Program-made: the position numbers and the translations under genes
The notes under the pieces: generated by a model
Databases searched by the model: none
Seen by the model: the letters and a program-made list of their open reading frames with translations, nothing else
Told to the model about the DNA's origin: nothing
Shown: positions 41,747-51,255 of the stretch, piece after piece
How the letters are laid out: the number at the start of each line of letters is the position of its first letter
Numbering within the stretch: the stretch's first letter is position 1
Assembly: GCA_038733315.1 (NCBI GenBank)
Contig: JAVYPJ010000002.1
Span: forward strand, 224,051-288,050
Direction of reading: 5' to 3'
Source: Candidatus Aenigmatarchaeota archaeon
GTDB lineage: Archaea; Aenigmatarchaeota; Aenigmatarchaeia; CG10238-14; SpSt-28
DNA length: 64,000 nucleotides

Positions 41747-43069
41747 ATGACCTCTATTACTTTATCTTTTGAAGTTCATCAACCAATAAGATTAAGAAAT
41801 GCTCCACTAAAAAATTCAAACAATCTATTCGAAAGATATTTTAATGACGATGCAAATAGATATTTTTTCAACAGAATAAGTGATAAATGCTATATAAAAA
41901 CCAACAATATTATTTTAGATTTAATAGATAGTTTCAAAAAGGAAAAGAAAAAATTTAAAGTATCTTTTTCTTTAAGCGGAACCTTTTTAGAATCTGCAGA
42001 AAGGTATAGAAAAGATGTTTTGGAAAGTTTTAGAGAACTCGCAAAAAAGAAAGAAGTAGAAATTCTATGTCAAACTTACTATCACTCTATAGCTTCTCTT
42101 CATTACGATTATGAAGAATTTATAAATCAAATAGAGGAGCATAGAGAAACTGTACATAGCTTATTAAATAGAAAACCAAAAATATTTGAAAACACAGAAT
42201 TCATATTTAACAATAAGATAGCTAAAATAGCAGAAGATTTAAAGTTTAATGCTATATTTACAGAAGGTGTAGAGAGAATTCTTGGCTGGAGATCTCCACA
42301 CTACATTTATGTGAGAAAATATTGTTTTCCAAACGATCCTTTACCTAAGAAAAGGATAAAAATACTGCTAAGAAATTATAAATTAAGTGATGATATAGCT
42401 TTTAGATTTAACGCAAGATCCTGGGACCAATGGCCATTAACAGCTGATAAATATGCTTCCTGGCTTGCAGCAACACCTGGAGATGTTATAAATATATTCA
42501 TAGATTATGAAACGTTTGGAGAACATTTTTGGGAAGATAGTGGAATATTTTGGTTTTTAAAGGCTCTGCCATATTATGTGCTAAAATATGATCACTTAGA
42601 ATTTTCCTTACCAAGTGAAGTTATAAAAAAATATAATCCAGTTGGAGAGTTCGATGTTTTTGAATTAGCATCAATATCTTGGGCAGATAGTGATAAAGAC
42701 GTAAGCGCTTGGTTAGGAAATGAAATGCAAAGAAGAAGTTTTGAAGAAGTTATGCAATTAAGAAAAGAAGTTATTGAAACAGAAGATGAAGAATTAATAA
42801 AAACTTGGAAGCTATTTACTCAAAGTGATATCTATTATTATATGTGTAAAAAATCCCAGGCAGATGAAGATGTTCACAAATATTTTAATCACTTTGGCTC
42901 TAAAAGTGCAGAAGAGGCATTCATTTCATTTTTAAATATACTATCGGATTTTAAAGTCCAATTAGCACTAAGAAAAATAAGAAAAAACTTAAAAGAAGTT
43001 TTAATAGGAAAAAATATTATAACTGAATTAGAAAAAGAATTAGATATTAAGATTTATGAAAAAGTATGA
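41747..43069 (+). CDS. Glycoside hydrolase family 57 (alpha-amylase-like)
   Basis: FEVHQP, QTYYHS, NTE, LSDDIAFRF, DYETFGEH, SWAD, AWLGN. Confidence 0.93.
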   Translation: MTSITLSFEVHQPIRLRNAPLKNSNNLFERYFNDDANRYFFNRISDKCYIKTNNIILDLIDSFKKEKKKFKVSFSLSGTFLESAERYRKDVLESFRELAKKKEVEILCQTYYHSIASLHYDYEEFINQIEEHRETVHSLLNRKPKIFENTEFIFNNKIAKIAEDLKFNAIFTEGVERILGWRSPHYIYVRKYCFPNDPLPKKRIKILLRNYKLSDDIAFRFNARSWDQWPLTADKYASWLAATPGDVINIFIDYETFGEHFWEDSGIFWFLKALPYYVLKYDHLEFSLPSEVIKKYNPVGEFDVFELASISWADSDKDVSAWLGNEMQRRSFEEVMQLRKEVIETEDEELIKTWKLFTQSDIYYYMCKKSQADEDVHKYFNHFGSKSAEEAFISFLNILSDFKVQLALRKIRKNLKEVLIGKNIITELEKELDIKIYEKV

Positions 43070-43475
43070 AATATTAGATGATATAACAGCTGATATAGGT
43101 TTTATAGTTTACGGAAAAAGTTTAAACGAGTTATTTGAAAATGCAGCAATTGCTATGTTTGAGGTTATGATAGATATAAATAGTGTGGAAAAAAGTATTG
43201 AAAAAATAATTGAAATAGAATCTGATAGTTTAGAATCTTTAATGTATAAATGGTTAAACGAACTCTTATACTTTGTTGATTCAGAAAATTTAGCTTTTTC
43301 AGAGTTTAAAGTAGACTTAAATGAAGAAAAACTTAGTTTAAAAGCAAAATGTAAAGGTGAAAAAATAGATAGAAACAAACATAAAATAGGTACATTAGTT
43401 AAAGCCTGTACATATCATCAACTTAAAATTTGGAAAGAAAATGTTTGGAAAGCAAAGATAATCTTAGATATTTAA
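43056..43475 (+). CDS. Archease
   Basis: TADIG, LFENAA, WLNELL, VKACTYH, terminal DI. Confidence 0.95.
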   Translation: MKKYEILDDITADIGFIVYGKSLNELFENAAIAMFEVMIDINSVEKSIEKIIEIESDSLESLMYKWLNELLYFVDSENLAFSEFKVDLNEEKLSLKAKCKGEKIDRNKHKIGTLVKACTYHQLKIWKENVWKAKIILDI

Positions 43476-46369
43476 CCTTTTATTACAGCTATAGGTCTTA
43501 ACCTTACTATTATTTTACTAATCCCGGCCTTTTCTGTTGTTAAAACAACTTCATCAACATTCTTATACGCTTCTGGCAATTCTTCAATTATTCCTTCTTT
43601 TGAAGCAGCTCTCAACAATATTCCTCTAGATTCCATTGTTTTTAAAGCGTCTTGATATCTATATCTCTTCATCATAGCAGCTCTAGAAGAAGTTCTTCCA
43701 GAGCCGTGTGCTGAGGAATAAAAAGATTTTTCAGCAGTTTCTAAACCAACTAATATATAGCTAGCAGTTCCCATACTTCCAGGAATTAATACCGGCTGGC
43801 CTATTTTTTCATATTTCTTAGGAATTAAATCGCTAAATGGAGGCATTGCTCTAGTAGCCCCTTTTCTATGAACCAAAACTTTTTTTCTTTCTCCATCTAT
43901 TTTATGTTCTTCTATTTTTGCAATATTATGAGCTACATCATAAATAGTTTCTAACCCTATTTCTTCTGCTTTCATTTTTAATACTTGCTCAAAACTTTCC
44001 CTAACCCAATGAGTTATCATTTGTCTATTTGCAAAAGCATAGTTAGCTGCAGAATTCATTGCCCCAAAATATTTTTCGAAAGTTTTAGTTCCGCTTGGAG
44101 CACAAGCTAATTGTCTATCTGGCAGTTTTCTGATTAAATCTCTAAATTCCCTTTCCATTATTTCTAGATAATCGCTAGCAACTTGATGTCCTAAGCCTCT
44201 AGAGCCAGTATGAACAAAAACAATTATTTGATTTTCTTTTTCTATTCCCAAAACTTTTGCAATTTCATAATCAAAAATTTTATCCACAACCTGAATTTCG
44301 AGAAAATGATTTCCAGAGCCCAAAGTACCTAACTGTGGCATACCTCTTTGAATAGCTTTTTGAGAAACATACTCTGGCGCTGCATATTTTTCTAGATTTC
44401 CATTATCTTCGATAAATTCTAAATCTCTTTCCCATCCATAACCATTTTCTACAGCCCATTTTGCTCCATATTTTAGAACTTCATATGTTTGCTGCTGAGT
44501 TAATTTAATTACTCCCTCGCTTCCCACTCCACTTGGAACATTTTTAAAAATAGTATCAACTAATTCTCTAAGTTTATCTTTTATATCTTCATACATTAAA
44601 TTTGTTCTTAAAGCCCTTACACCACAATTTATATCGAAACCTATTCCACCTGGACTAATTACTCCATTATAATAATCTATAGCCGCAACTCCGCCAATAC
44701 AATTAGAAACTACTATACCATTTGCTACAAAATTATGAAATTCGCTTTCAACGGTTATATCATAAACATTTTCTTCACATTCAAAATCTTCAATTTCAAT
44801 AATCTCATCTAAAAATATGTCTGTAGAAATTATTTTTAAAGATTTCACAAAATTTTCAAAACTCATCATATCATCTTTCTTAATCTTTACAGACAATTCT
44901 TGTAAAAGATTGTTTCTATTTTTAATATATTGAACGTATCTCAATTTTAAATTTGTTTTTTCAGAAATTTCGGAAGATGTTAAATTTTCTAAATTTTTTA
45001 TTAGCTCAATTTTTTTAATTTTTTCTTCTAAAAGTTTTTTATAGTAAAGCAAATATAATAAAGAAATGTTTGCGAGCAACCTTCTTTTACTATTGTATTC
45101 ATAGCTTATGTGTTTAAAGAATTTTATTAGATTATTTACTTTAGAACTTATTCTTAATTCTATTTCAAAACTATCTTTTCTTTTTTTTCTAACTTTAATT
45201 AAACTCTCTATACCAAACAAACTTAATAACTTAGCTATCGAAGATAAAAATTTAATTCCGCTTTCTAAATTTTTTCTATTTTGCTGTAAAAGAAGAGGTA
45301 AAAATAAATTTCTATCTTTTCTTTTTCTAGGAATTGATAATTCGGCACCAAAAAATGCAGATAAAAATAATCTTATTTGCCATAATTTGCATTTAAAAAT
45401 CCATTCTGGGACATCAAAATCTTTTTCAGATTTTTTGCCTATAGGAACTCCTAATGCATATAGTAAACATACTAAAGAAGCTGCATTTACATAAAAAACA
45501 TAATAAGTATATTTTTTTCTTTTGAGCTTATAAATTTTAGATGGATTATAATTTATTGCAATTACATCTTTTCTTATTTGTTCTAAATTTTCTTTTTCTG
45601 AAGAAGAAAAAATAATTATACCATCTTTTTTTCTTCCAATAAAATTCATACATCCATCTCCAAAAATAAATCCCATTAATTTTAATAAATATGGTAATTT
45701 TTCACTAGAATATCTTAATGGAACCAAATTTCTTTTTTTCAGTTTTTCTAAGTTTAATTTAATTCTTTTTTCTGAAAAACCAAGCTCCTTCATTTTTTTA
45801 AACAAATCTTCTTCGCTTAATATTATTTCGTTAGATGGCTCTTCATATTCAACACCCTCAAAAGGTTTAACAAAAACTTTATCTCCAATATTTATATCCT
45901 TAGACATTTTAAATCCACTAGGAGTTAAAATAGGGTGATCGAAAGTTGCTTTAATTTCGAAGCCAAAATTAGTTTTTAATTTTCTAATTTTTGTATATGG
46001 ATTTAAACAAAAAAATCTAATTACTTTTGATTCTTCCAAAACTTTATCCCTAAAATTAAAAACTAAAATTTTTTGGTTTTCTTTTATTTTATCTATAGTT
46101 AAATATGTTCCAAAGCTTAAATGAACCTTAGAATCTTTTAAAAGACAAAATCCATAGCCGAAATGCATATCTGGCATAGCAATAGAATACTTATATATTC
46201 CTGGTAAAGTAGCTACATTTATAGCTTGTTCTATTGCTCCTTCTTCAACTTCATTTAATAATTTTTCAGATAAAAATAATCTTACTGGCACATTCATATT
46301 TGGTTTTACTCCTTTCTCTATTTCCCATTCTACTTCGCCTATTCTTTTAATTCTTGATTTAAAACTCAT
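43472..46369 (-). CDS. rtcB: tRNA-splicing ligase RtcB, intein-containing
   Basis: MPDMHFGYGF, DINCG, GSGNHFLE, HTGSRG, HN, HRKGAT, PGSMG, HGSGR; exteins total 483 aa. Confidence 0.97.
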   Translation of the reverse strand: MSFKSRIKRIGEVEWEIEKGVKPNMNVPVRLFLSEKLLNEVEEGAIEQAINVATLPGIYKYSIAMPDMHFGYGFCLLKDSKVHLSFGTYLTIDKIKENQKILVFNFRDKVLEESKVIRFFCLNPYTKIRKLKTNFGFEIKATFDHPILTPSGFKMSKDINIGDKVFVKPFEGVEYEEPSNEIILSEEDLFKKMKELGFSEKRIKLNLEKLKKRNLVPLRYSSEKLPYLLKLMGFIFGDGCMNFIGRKKDGIIIFSSSEKENLEQIRKDVIAINYNPSKIYKLKRKKYTYYVFYVNAASLVCLLYALGVPIGKKSEKDFDVPEWIFKCKLWQIRLFLSAFFGAELSIPRKRKDRNLFLPLLLQQNRKNLESGIKFLSSIAKLLSLFGIESLIKVRKKRKDSFEIELRISSKVNNLIKFFKHISYEYNSKRRLLANISLLYLLYYKKLLEEKIKKIELIKNLENLTSSEISEKTNLKLRYVQYIKNRNNLLQELSVKIKKDDMMSFENFVKSLKIISTDIFLDEIIEIEDFECEENVYDITVESEFHNFVANGIVVSNCIGGVAAIDYYNGVISPGGIGFDINCGVRALRTNLMYEDIKDKLRELVDTIFKNVPSGVGSEGVIKLTQQQTYEVLKYGAKWAVENGYGWERDLEFIEDNGNLEKYAAPEYVSQKAIQRGMPQLGTLGSGNHFLEIQVVDKIFDYEIAKVLGIEKENQIIVFVHTGSRGLGHQVASDYLEIMEREFRDLIRKLPDRQLACAPSGTKTFEKYFGAMNSAANYAFANRQMITHWVRESFEQVLKMKAEEIGLETIYDVAHNIAKIEEHKIDGERKKVLVHRKGATRAMPPFSDLIPKKYEKIGQPVLIPGSMGTASYILVGLETAEKSFYSSAHGSGRTSSRAAMMKRYRYQDALKTMESRGILLRAASKEGIIEELPEAYKNVDEVVLTTEKAGISKIIVRLRPIAVIKG
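44702..46147 (-). mobile_element. Intein (482 aa) with LAGLIDADG homing endonuclease in RtcB
   Basis: Starts CLLKDSKV, block B ATFDHP, motifs LMGFIFGDG and FLSAFFGAE, block F VYDITV..HNFVANG, ends VVSN followed by Cys+1. Confidence 0.95.
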
Positions 46370-46396
46370 ATTAAATATTAATAATCCTTAAAATTT

Positions 46397-47104
46397 TTAA
46401 CTTAAATCTCCACAAATACAAAATATTTCATAAAGAAGCTTAAAAAGGTCTTCATAGCCTTCTTTATTTAAGTTATTAACTTTCACTTCTCTAAATCTCA
46501 AAATAGAAAGTTCAACTATATCTATTATCCTCTCTAAGATTTCTGATAGAGCATCTTTCTTTGATTTAACTTCTCTAATTTTTTCTTTAACATTAAAATC
46601 GAATAAATCTTTTTTAGAAAAAACTGGAATTGTCGGTATTTCAAACCTTAAATATATTATAACGCTCTGTAACAAACAACTTATAAAGGAGTGTAACTCC
46701 TTAGCTAAGGTAGAGTCTATAAGAAAAATTATTACAGATTTTTTCGAAGAAAGTTTTTTAATTATGTTTTTTCCAGCTTCGGAATATAAAAATAATTCCA
46801 TTTGGCCAGGAGTATCGTAAATTAAAAAATCGCAATCTTCTTTTATCTTTAATCTTTCTACATTTTCCTCAACTATTTCAACTGATTTTAGTAAAGCACC
46901 ATTAATTCCTAAATTAAACTCTCTCATTATTTTCTCTGCACTAACAAAATCTCTAACATTCTTTTCAGCTTTATAAATTGGGTCTGAAGCTGTGTCTAAG
47001 TTTATAGTAGCGACTTTATATCCTTTTTCTCTTAAGAAATCTGAAAAATTTCTTACAAAAGTACTTTTTCCACTACTAGCAATACCTAAGACAAAAATCT
47101 CCAT
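46397..47104 (-). CDS. GPN-loop GTPase
   Basis: GIASSGKS, INLD, LGING, DTPGQMELF, SKKD, C-terminal CxCGD. Confidence 0.9.
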   Translation of the reverse strand: MEIFVLGIASSGKSTFVRNFSDFLREKGYKVATINLDTASDPIYKAEKNVRDFVSAEKIMREFNLGINGALLKSVEIVEENVERLKIKEDCDFLIYDTPGQMELFLYSEAGKNIIKKLSSKKSVIIFLIDSTLAKELHSFISCLLQSVIIYLRFEIPTIPVFSKKDLFDFNVKEKIREVKSKKDALSEILERIIDIVELSILRFREVKVNNLNKEGYEDLFKLLYEIFCICGDLS

Positions 47105-47120
47105 AAAAAATAAAAAAGAA

Positions 47121-48662
47121 TTAGAAAGTCTCTATGGTTTTTCTAATACTTAATTCTCTTCTCACTACTAAAAACGCTATTAAAAATATTATTAACATTG
47201 CTATTAATACACCTATTGCTATTAATAACTTTTCATCTAAATTACCAAATAGATTTTTTTCGACCTCTTTCAATTCTTTTTTAACAGATATGTTAACTAA
47301 CTTTTCTACTTCACCCGCTGAAATCTTTGTGACAAAAGAGTTTTTATTAAAATCTTCACTTACATACATCTTAACTTTTACTAACTTTGATTGCATAGGA
47401 GCTAAGTTTATTTTTTCAGGTTCTATTGAATAAATTACTCCGCTCGGAACATCTATCTTTAATTTTATATCTCTAAATGCTTTATTATCTTCATTTCTAA
47501 TCTTTATGAAAAATTCATTCCATTCGTTGCTTTTTATTTCAACTTCTGGAAAGTCTATCTTTAATACTGGTAAATAGTTTTTTCTTTCTATGTAAAAATC
47601 GTATTTAGCGCTAGCAAGATTATTGAAAGCAAACAAACTAATTAATTCTTTTTCTCCCAATTCCATGTTTGTTGTGAAATATACATACTTAACTTCGTTT
47701 GGATAAATTATCGGTATTAACTTAATTTGCACATCCTCTCTTATCTTTGCCATTATTGAAACATTATATAACCTTTCACTACCGCAATTTCTAACAAATA
47801 CTGTAAATTTATTTTCTTCTATTACCTTGTTTTCTATTCCTTCAAAAGCTAAGCAATATTTTTCTTGTGGTAAAACAGATATTGAACTAAAATCTGCTAC
47901 ATACTCCTTAGGTCTATCATAGCTTATAATGTATATCAAATCAAAAATTTCGTATTTAATATTTCTAAATTCTCTAAGAATTGAGCTATCTATTGCTGAA
48001 ATTTTAGCATCTATTGTTTTTAACAAATCTTCAACTCTTTTTAAAACCTCTAAGCTTAGGTTTGTGTTGTTTAAGGTTTGTCTAACTATTTTTATTATGT
48101 CAAGTAACAACTCTTGATTCCTTACTAAAAAATCTGTATTATTTGATACTTTCTTTACTAGATCCAAGATTTCCAGTAGAAGATCTTGATTTGTTGTTAA
48201 AAGATTTATGTTTCTATTAGATAAATCTCTCAATAGGTTTAATATACTTAAAACATCTAACAATCTATTATCTATACTTACTAATTCTCTGCCGATTATA
48301 TCTTCTCTCCAAGTAATCTGAATTGTATTGCTTCTCAACTTCGGATCTACGTAATAGTAATATTCTATTTCTGCATAATAGTTTCTTGTAGTTGGAATCG
48401 AGCTCCTCACAAAAGTATAGCATGTAAAAGCTTCGCTACCAACATTTCTACACTCTTTTATTACTCTATCGTTTTCGAAAATCTTTATACTGTTAACCCT
48501 TAAATTCGCTATGTTATTAAACTTTGCTATAGCAAGTATTAATACATCTTCGTTAACATTTGCTAAGGTTTTGCTAGCAACTATTTCTATACTATCAGCT
48601 AAGGAAAGTGCTGAAAAAATACTGAAAAATGCTATTATTGCTAGTATTTTTTTAGTCACCAT
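47121..48662 (-). CDS. Secreted, C-terminally anchored surface protein with coiled-coil stalk and Ig-like domains
   Basis: Signal peptide, heptad region, CARDB-like VRNxG and IRN segments, C-terminal TM followed by RR. Confidence 0.75.
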   Translation of the reverse strand: MVTKKILAIIAFFSIFSALSLADSIEIVASKTLANVNEDVLILAIAKFNNIANLRVNSIKIFENDRVIKECRNVGSEAFTCYTFVRSSIPTTRNYYAEIEYYYYVDPKLRSNTIQITWREDIIGRELVSIDNRLLDVLSILNLLRDLSNRNINLLTTNQDLLLEILDLVKKVSNNTDFLVRNQELLLDIIKIVRQTLNNTNLSLEVLKRVEDLLKTIDAKISAIDSSILREFRNIKYEIFDLIYIISYDRPKEYVADFSSISVLPQEKYCLAFEGIENKVIEENKFTVFVRNCGSERLYNVSIMAKIREDVQIKLIPIIYPNEVKYVYFTTNMELGEKELISLFAFNNLASAKYDFYIERKNYLPVLKIDFPEVEIKSNEWNEFFIKIRNEDNKAFRDIKLKIDVPSGVIYSIEPEKINLAPMQSKLVKVKMYVSEDFNKNSFVTKISAGEVEKLVNISVKKELKEVEKNLFGNLDEKLLIAIGVLIAMLIIFLIAFLVVRRELSIRKTIETF

Positions 48663-48740
48663 AAGATACTATAATTAAACATATATAAATACTTTTCGGT
48701 GGTTACAAAAGTTAATTAACAATATAGAAAAATACAATTT

Positions 48741-49472
48741 ATGGAGATAAAAGTTGGTTGCTGTGGCTTTACTATATCAAAAAGTAAGTATTATGAAAAA
48801 TTAAATTTAGTAGAGATTCAACAAACTTTTTACAAGCTTATCGAAGAAAAAACCTTAGAAAAATGGAGAAAAGAAGCGCCAAAAAATTTTGAATTTACTA
48901 TTAAAGCCTTCCAAGGTTTAACTCACACAACAAAAAGTCCGACATGGAAAAGAAGTGGTTTTGATGGGCAAGAAATTAAAAAAATAGAAAAATATGTTGG
49001 CGAGTTAAAAATAAATAAAGTTACCTTAGAATTCTGGAATAAAATGCAAAACTATGCAAAAATTCTTAATTCGAAAATAATACTATTACAATTGCCAAGT
49101 TCTTTTAAAGATAGCGAAGAAAATGTTAAAAGAGTGAAGGAGTTTTTAAAAAATGTACAGACAAAAGGCATAAATATAGCTATTGAGCTAAGAGGTTGGA
49201 GAGATGAAAAAAAGAAAAAGATTTTTGAGGAGTTTGATGTAATTGATGTTGTTGATATTAATATAAATTATCCAGTTGTTTTAAGAGATCTGCTCTATAC
49301 AAGATTACATGGAAAGTATGAAAACGGTAAAATTATCTATAATCATGAGTATAGTAATAAAGAATTAAAAACTATTAAAAATAAAATTGAAAAATTAAAC
49401 GCAAAAGAAAACTATGTTTTATTCAATAATTATTATATGTTTAAAAACGCCATAGAGTTTTTAAATATTTAG
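48741..49472 (+). CDS. DUF72 family protein
   Basis: VGCCGF, VEIQQTFY, FTIKA..LTH, QLPSSF, ELRG, RLHG, FNN. Confidence 0.92.
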   Translation: MEIKVGCCGFTISKSKYYEKLNLVEIQQTFYKLIEEKTLEKWRKEAPKNFEFTIKAFQGLTHTTKSPTWKRSGFDGQEIKKIEKYVGELKINKVTLEFWNKMQNYAKILNSKIILLQLPSSFKDSEENVKRVKEFLKNVQTKGINIAIELRGWRDEKKKKIFEEFDVIDVVDININYPVVLRDLLYTRLHGKYENGKIIYNHEYSNKELKTIKNKIEKLNAKENYVLFNNYYMFKNAIEFLNI

Positions 49473-49521
49473 CAAATATTTTGACTTTCAGCTTTTTTTG
49501 ATTATATTCGAAAAAGTAAAT

Positions 49522-49659
49522 TTAAACTTTAACTGGAGTATTTCTACTAATATTTGTTCCGTCACCTAATTGACCTCAAGAATTGTTACCCCAACATTTG
49601 ACTGTACCATCTTTTAATAATGCACAGGTGTGAAGATATCCTGCTGTGATAGCTAACTT
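49522..49659 (-). pseudogene. Isolated RCC1-type repeat with internal TGA
   Basis: [44 protein letters not shown]; no start codon of its own. Confidence 0.85.
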
Positions 49660-50040
49660 CTATTTTCTTCTCAAAATTTTATTAATACTTCTAAATATTT
49701 TATCCCCACCAGCTATTCCCTCTATAACAAACTCTCTATCAATAGTTTTTAATCTTAAGTTCGCTAGTCCTAAAACCATTAGATAAGGGTTTTTCTCTAT
49801 GGATACTAACTGAAGAAAATCTCTTTCTAATCTAGTTATCTTTCTGTTAACTATACCCTCTTGAAAAAATATTTCTCTTTCGTTTCTAATCTCTAAAAAA
49901 CGTGTAGATATATATACTTCTATAGATAGCAAAACCACTAAAAATATAAGCATAGAAACTAAATTTGGAAAAAGTATTAAAAAAGCTGTTACTAAAACAT
50001 AAAACGGTAAATAATATCTCCTAGAAGTTCTTATTCTCAT
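49660..50040 (-). CDS. Membrane protein with bacterial PH-like (bPH_2) domain
   Basis: Two short TM helices, then EGIVNRK..VSIEKNP..LGLANL. Confidence 0.65.
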   Translation of the reverse strand: MRIRTSRRYYLPFYVLVTAFLILFPNLVSMLIFLVVLLSIEVYISTRFLEIRNEREIFFQEGIVNRKITRLERDFLQLVSIEKNPYLMVLGLANLRLKTIDREFVIEGIAGGDKIFRSINKILRRK

Positions 50041-50072
50041 AAAATTATTAAAGATTTCTTCGTGTTTATATT

Positions 50073-50678
50073 ATGAGTGAAACAGATAGCTCAAGTACAG
50101 ATTCACACACAAGATTATACATAGAGGCATTAAGAGATTTAAGAGTTGCCTTACCAAGATTTTCTATATTCCTTTTTTTACTCATTTTTCTCTGGATAAT
50201 TTATCCATTCTTACTAAGCTTGGGAAATAATATATTTCTTGAGATTTTAGACAATAAAATAGAGCTAAAATATATTATTAACATTATAATTATAACGTAT
50301 CTAGTAGTTTTAATTCTGTTCACTTATAAAGAGATTATTTTAGTAGGATCCTCGCTATCAAAATTAATAGTATTTTATTCTTCAAACCCACAAGAAGACA
50401 TATCTAGAATAGAGATAAGAATCAAAAAATTCGAAAACACTCTAGCTTTAATTTTTGCAAACCTAATTTCTTTTCTTATATATTATATTTTTAAAGATTT
50501 CATAGCTAGTATAAGTCAAATAGCGGCAGCCATAATACTAATTTTATTAATAGTTTCCTTCTTAATACTATTCTTACTTCTATCCTTTTCATTAAGCTCA
50601 GAATTTGAAACAAAAATATTACAGCAAATATCTAAGAGTAGAAAAAGAAAAAATGGAAATAATAAGAAAAGCGATTAA
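50073..50678 (+). CDS. Hypothetical four-TM membrane protein
   Basis: Four hydrophobic helices. Confidence 0.72.
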   Translation: MSETDSSSTDSHTRLYIEALRDLRVALPRFSIFLFLLIFLWIIYPFLLSLGNNIFLEILDNKIELKYIINIIIITYLVVLILFTYKEIILVGSSLSKLIVFYSSNPQEDISRIEIRIKKFENTLALIFANLISFLIYYIFKDFIASISQIAAAIILILLIVSFLILFLLLSFSLSSEFETKILQQISKSRKRKNGNNKKSD

Positions 50679-51102
50679 AAAGAATTTTGACGTTGAAATA
50701 GATAAAGATATAGATTTCGAAATAACAAACGAAAAAATTAGATTTTTTAAAAAGGATTTGAGGGAGTTATATGAACATCTTAAATTAAAAAGTTTAAGAT
50801 TAGAAAGGCTTGGAATATATTTTGGAAAATTAAAAAAAGGAGAAAAAATACACTTAAACATAGAAGGCTCGCAATTCGTAGGAAAAAAAGCTAAAAAGAA
50901 TGTTTTAAATATAGATGACTATAAAACCTTAATAAATTTTCTGCTTGGAAAAGTTACTATAAAAGAATTTCAAAATGTAGAAAAGCACAACTTTCCAATC
51001 GTTAAGTATAAAGATTATATTATATGCTCTGCCGCGAGCACAGAAAATGAAATTAAATCACTTTTTCCTAAGGCTCCTAAAAAATCATTATGGCAAGTTT
51101 AG
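50653..51102 (+). CDS. NIP7/PUA-like RNA-binding protein (RsmF/Nop2 C-terminal-like)
   Basis: RLGIYFGK..LNIEGSQFVGKKAKKNV; start taken at ATG 50653. Confidence 0.7.
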   Translation: MEIIRKAIKKNFDVEIDKDIDFEITNEKIRFFKKDLRELYEHLKLKSLRLERLGIYFGKLKKGEKIHLNIEGSQFVGKKAKKNVLNIDDYKTLINFLLGKVTIKEFQNVEKHNFPIVKYKDYIICSAASTENEIKSLFPKAPKKSLWQV

Positions 51103-51113
51103 TAAAATTTATT

Positions 51114-51216
51114 TGCCGGGGGTGGGATTTGAACCCACGACCTCCGCGTTTCTTATCATCAATTTTCAAAGCTCATTGATTATGAGCGCGGCGTTCTGCC
51201 GCTAAACTACCCCGGC
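51114..51216 (-). tRNA. tRNA-Met(CAT), elongator type, with a 31-nt intron at 37/38 (51150-51180)
   Basis: GCCGGGG/CCCCGGC, CCGCG-CT-CAT-A[intron]A-CGCGG. Confidence 0.92.
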
Positions 51217-51255
51217 AATTCTCAATAAATTATTATTAAAAAAGTAAAAAATTTT

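Noticed and set aside
49576..49578. TGA as selenocysteine or a recoded stop
   Set aside because: TGA ends many normal genes here (e.g. 5342, 9106, 34764); the position is not a Cys site, and an upstream TAG would also need readthrough
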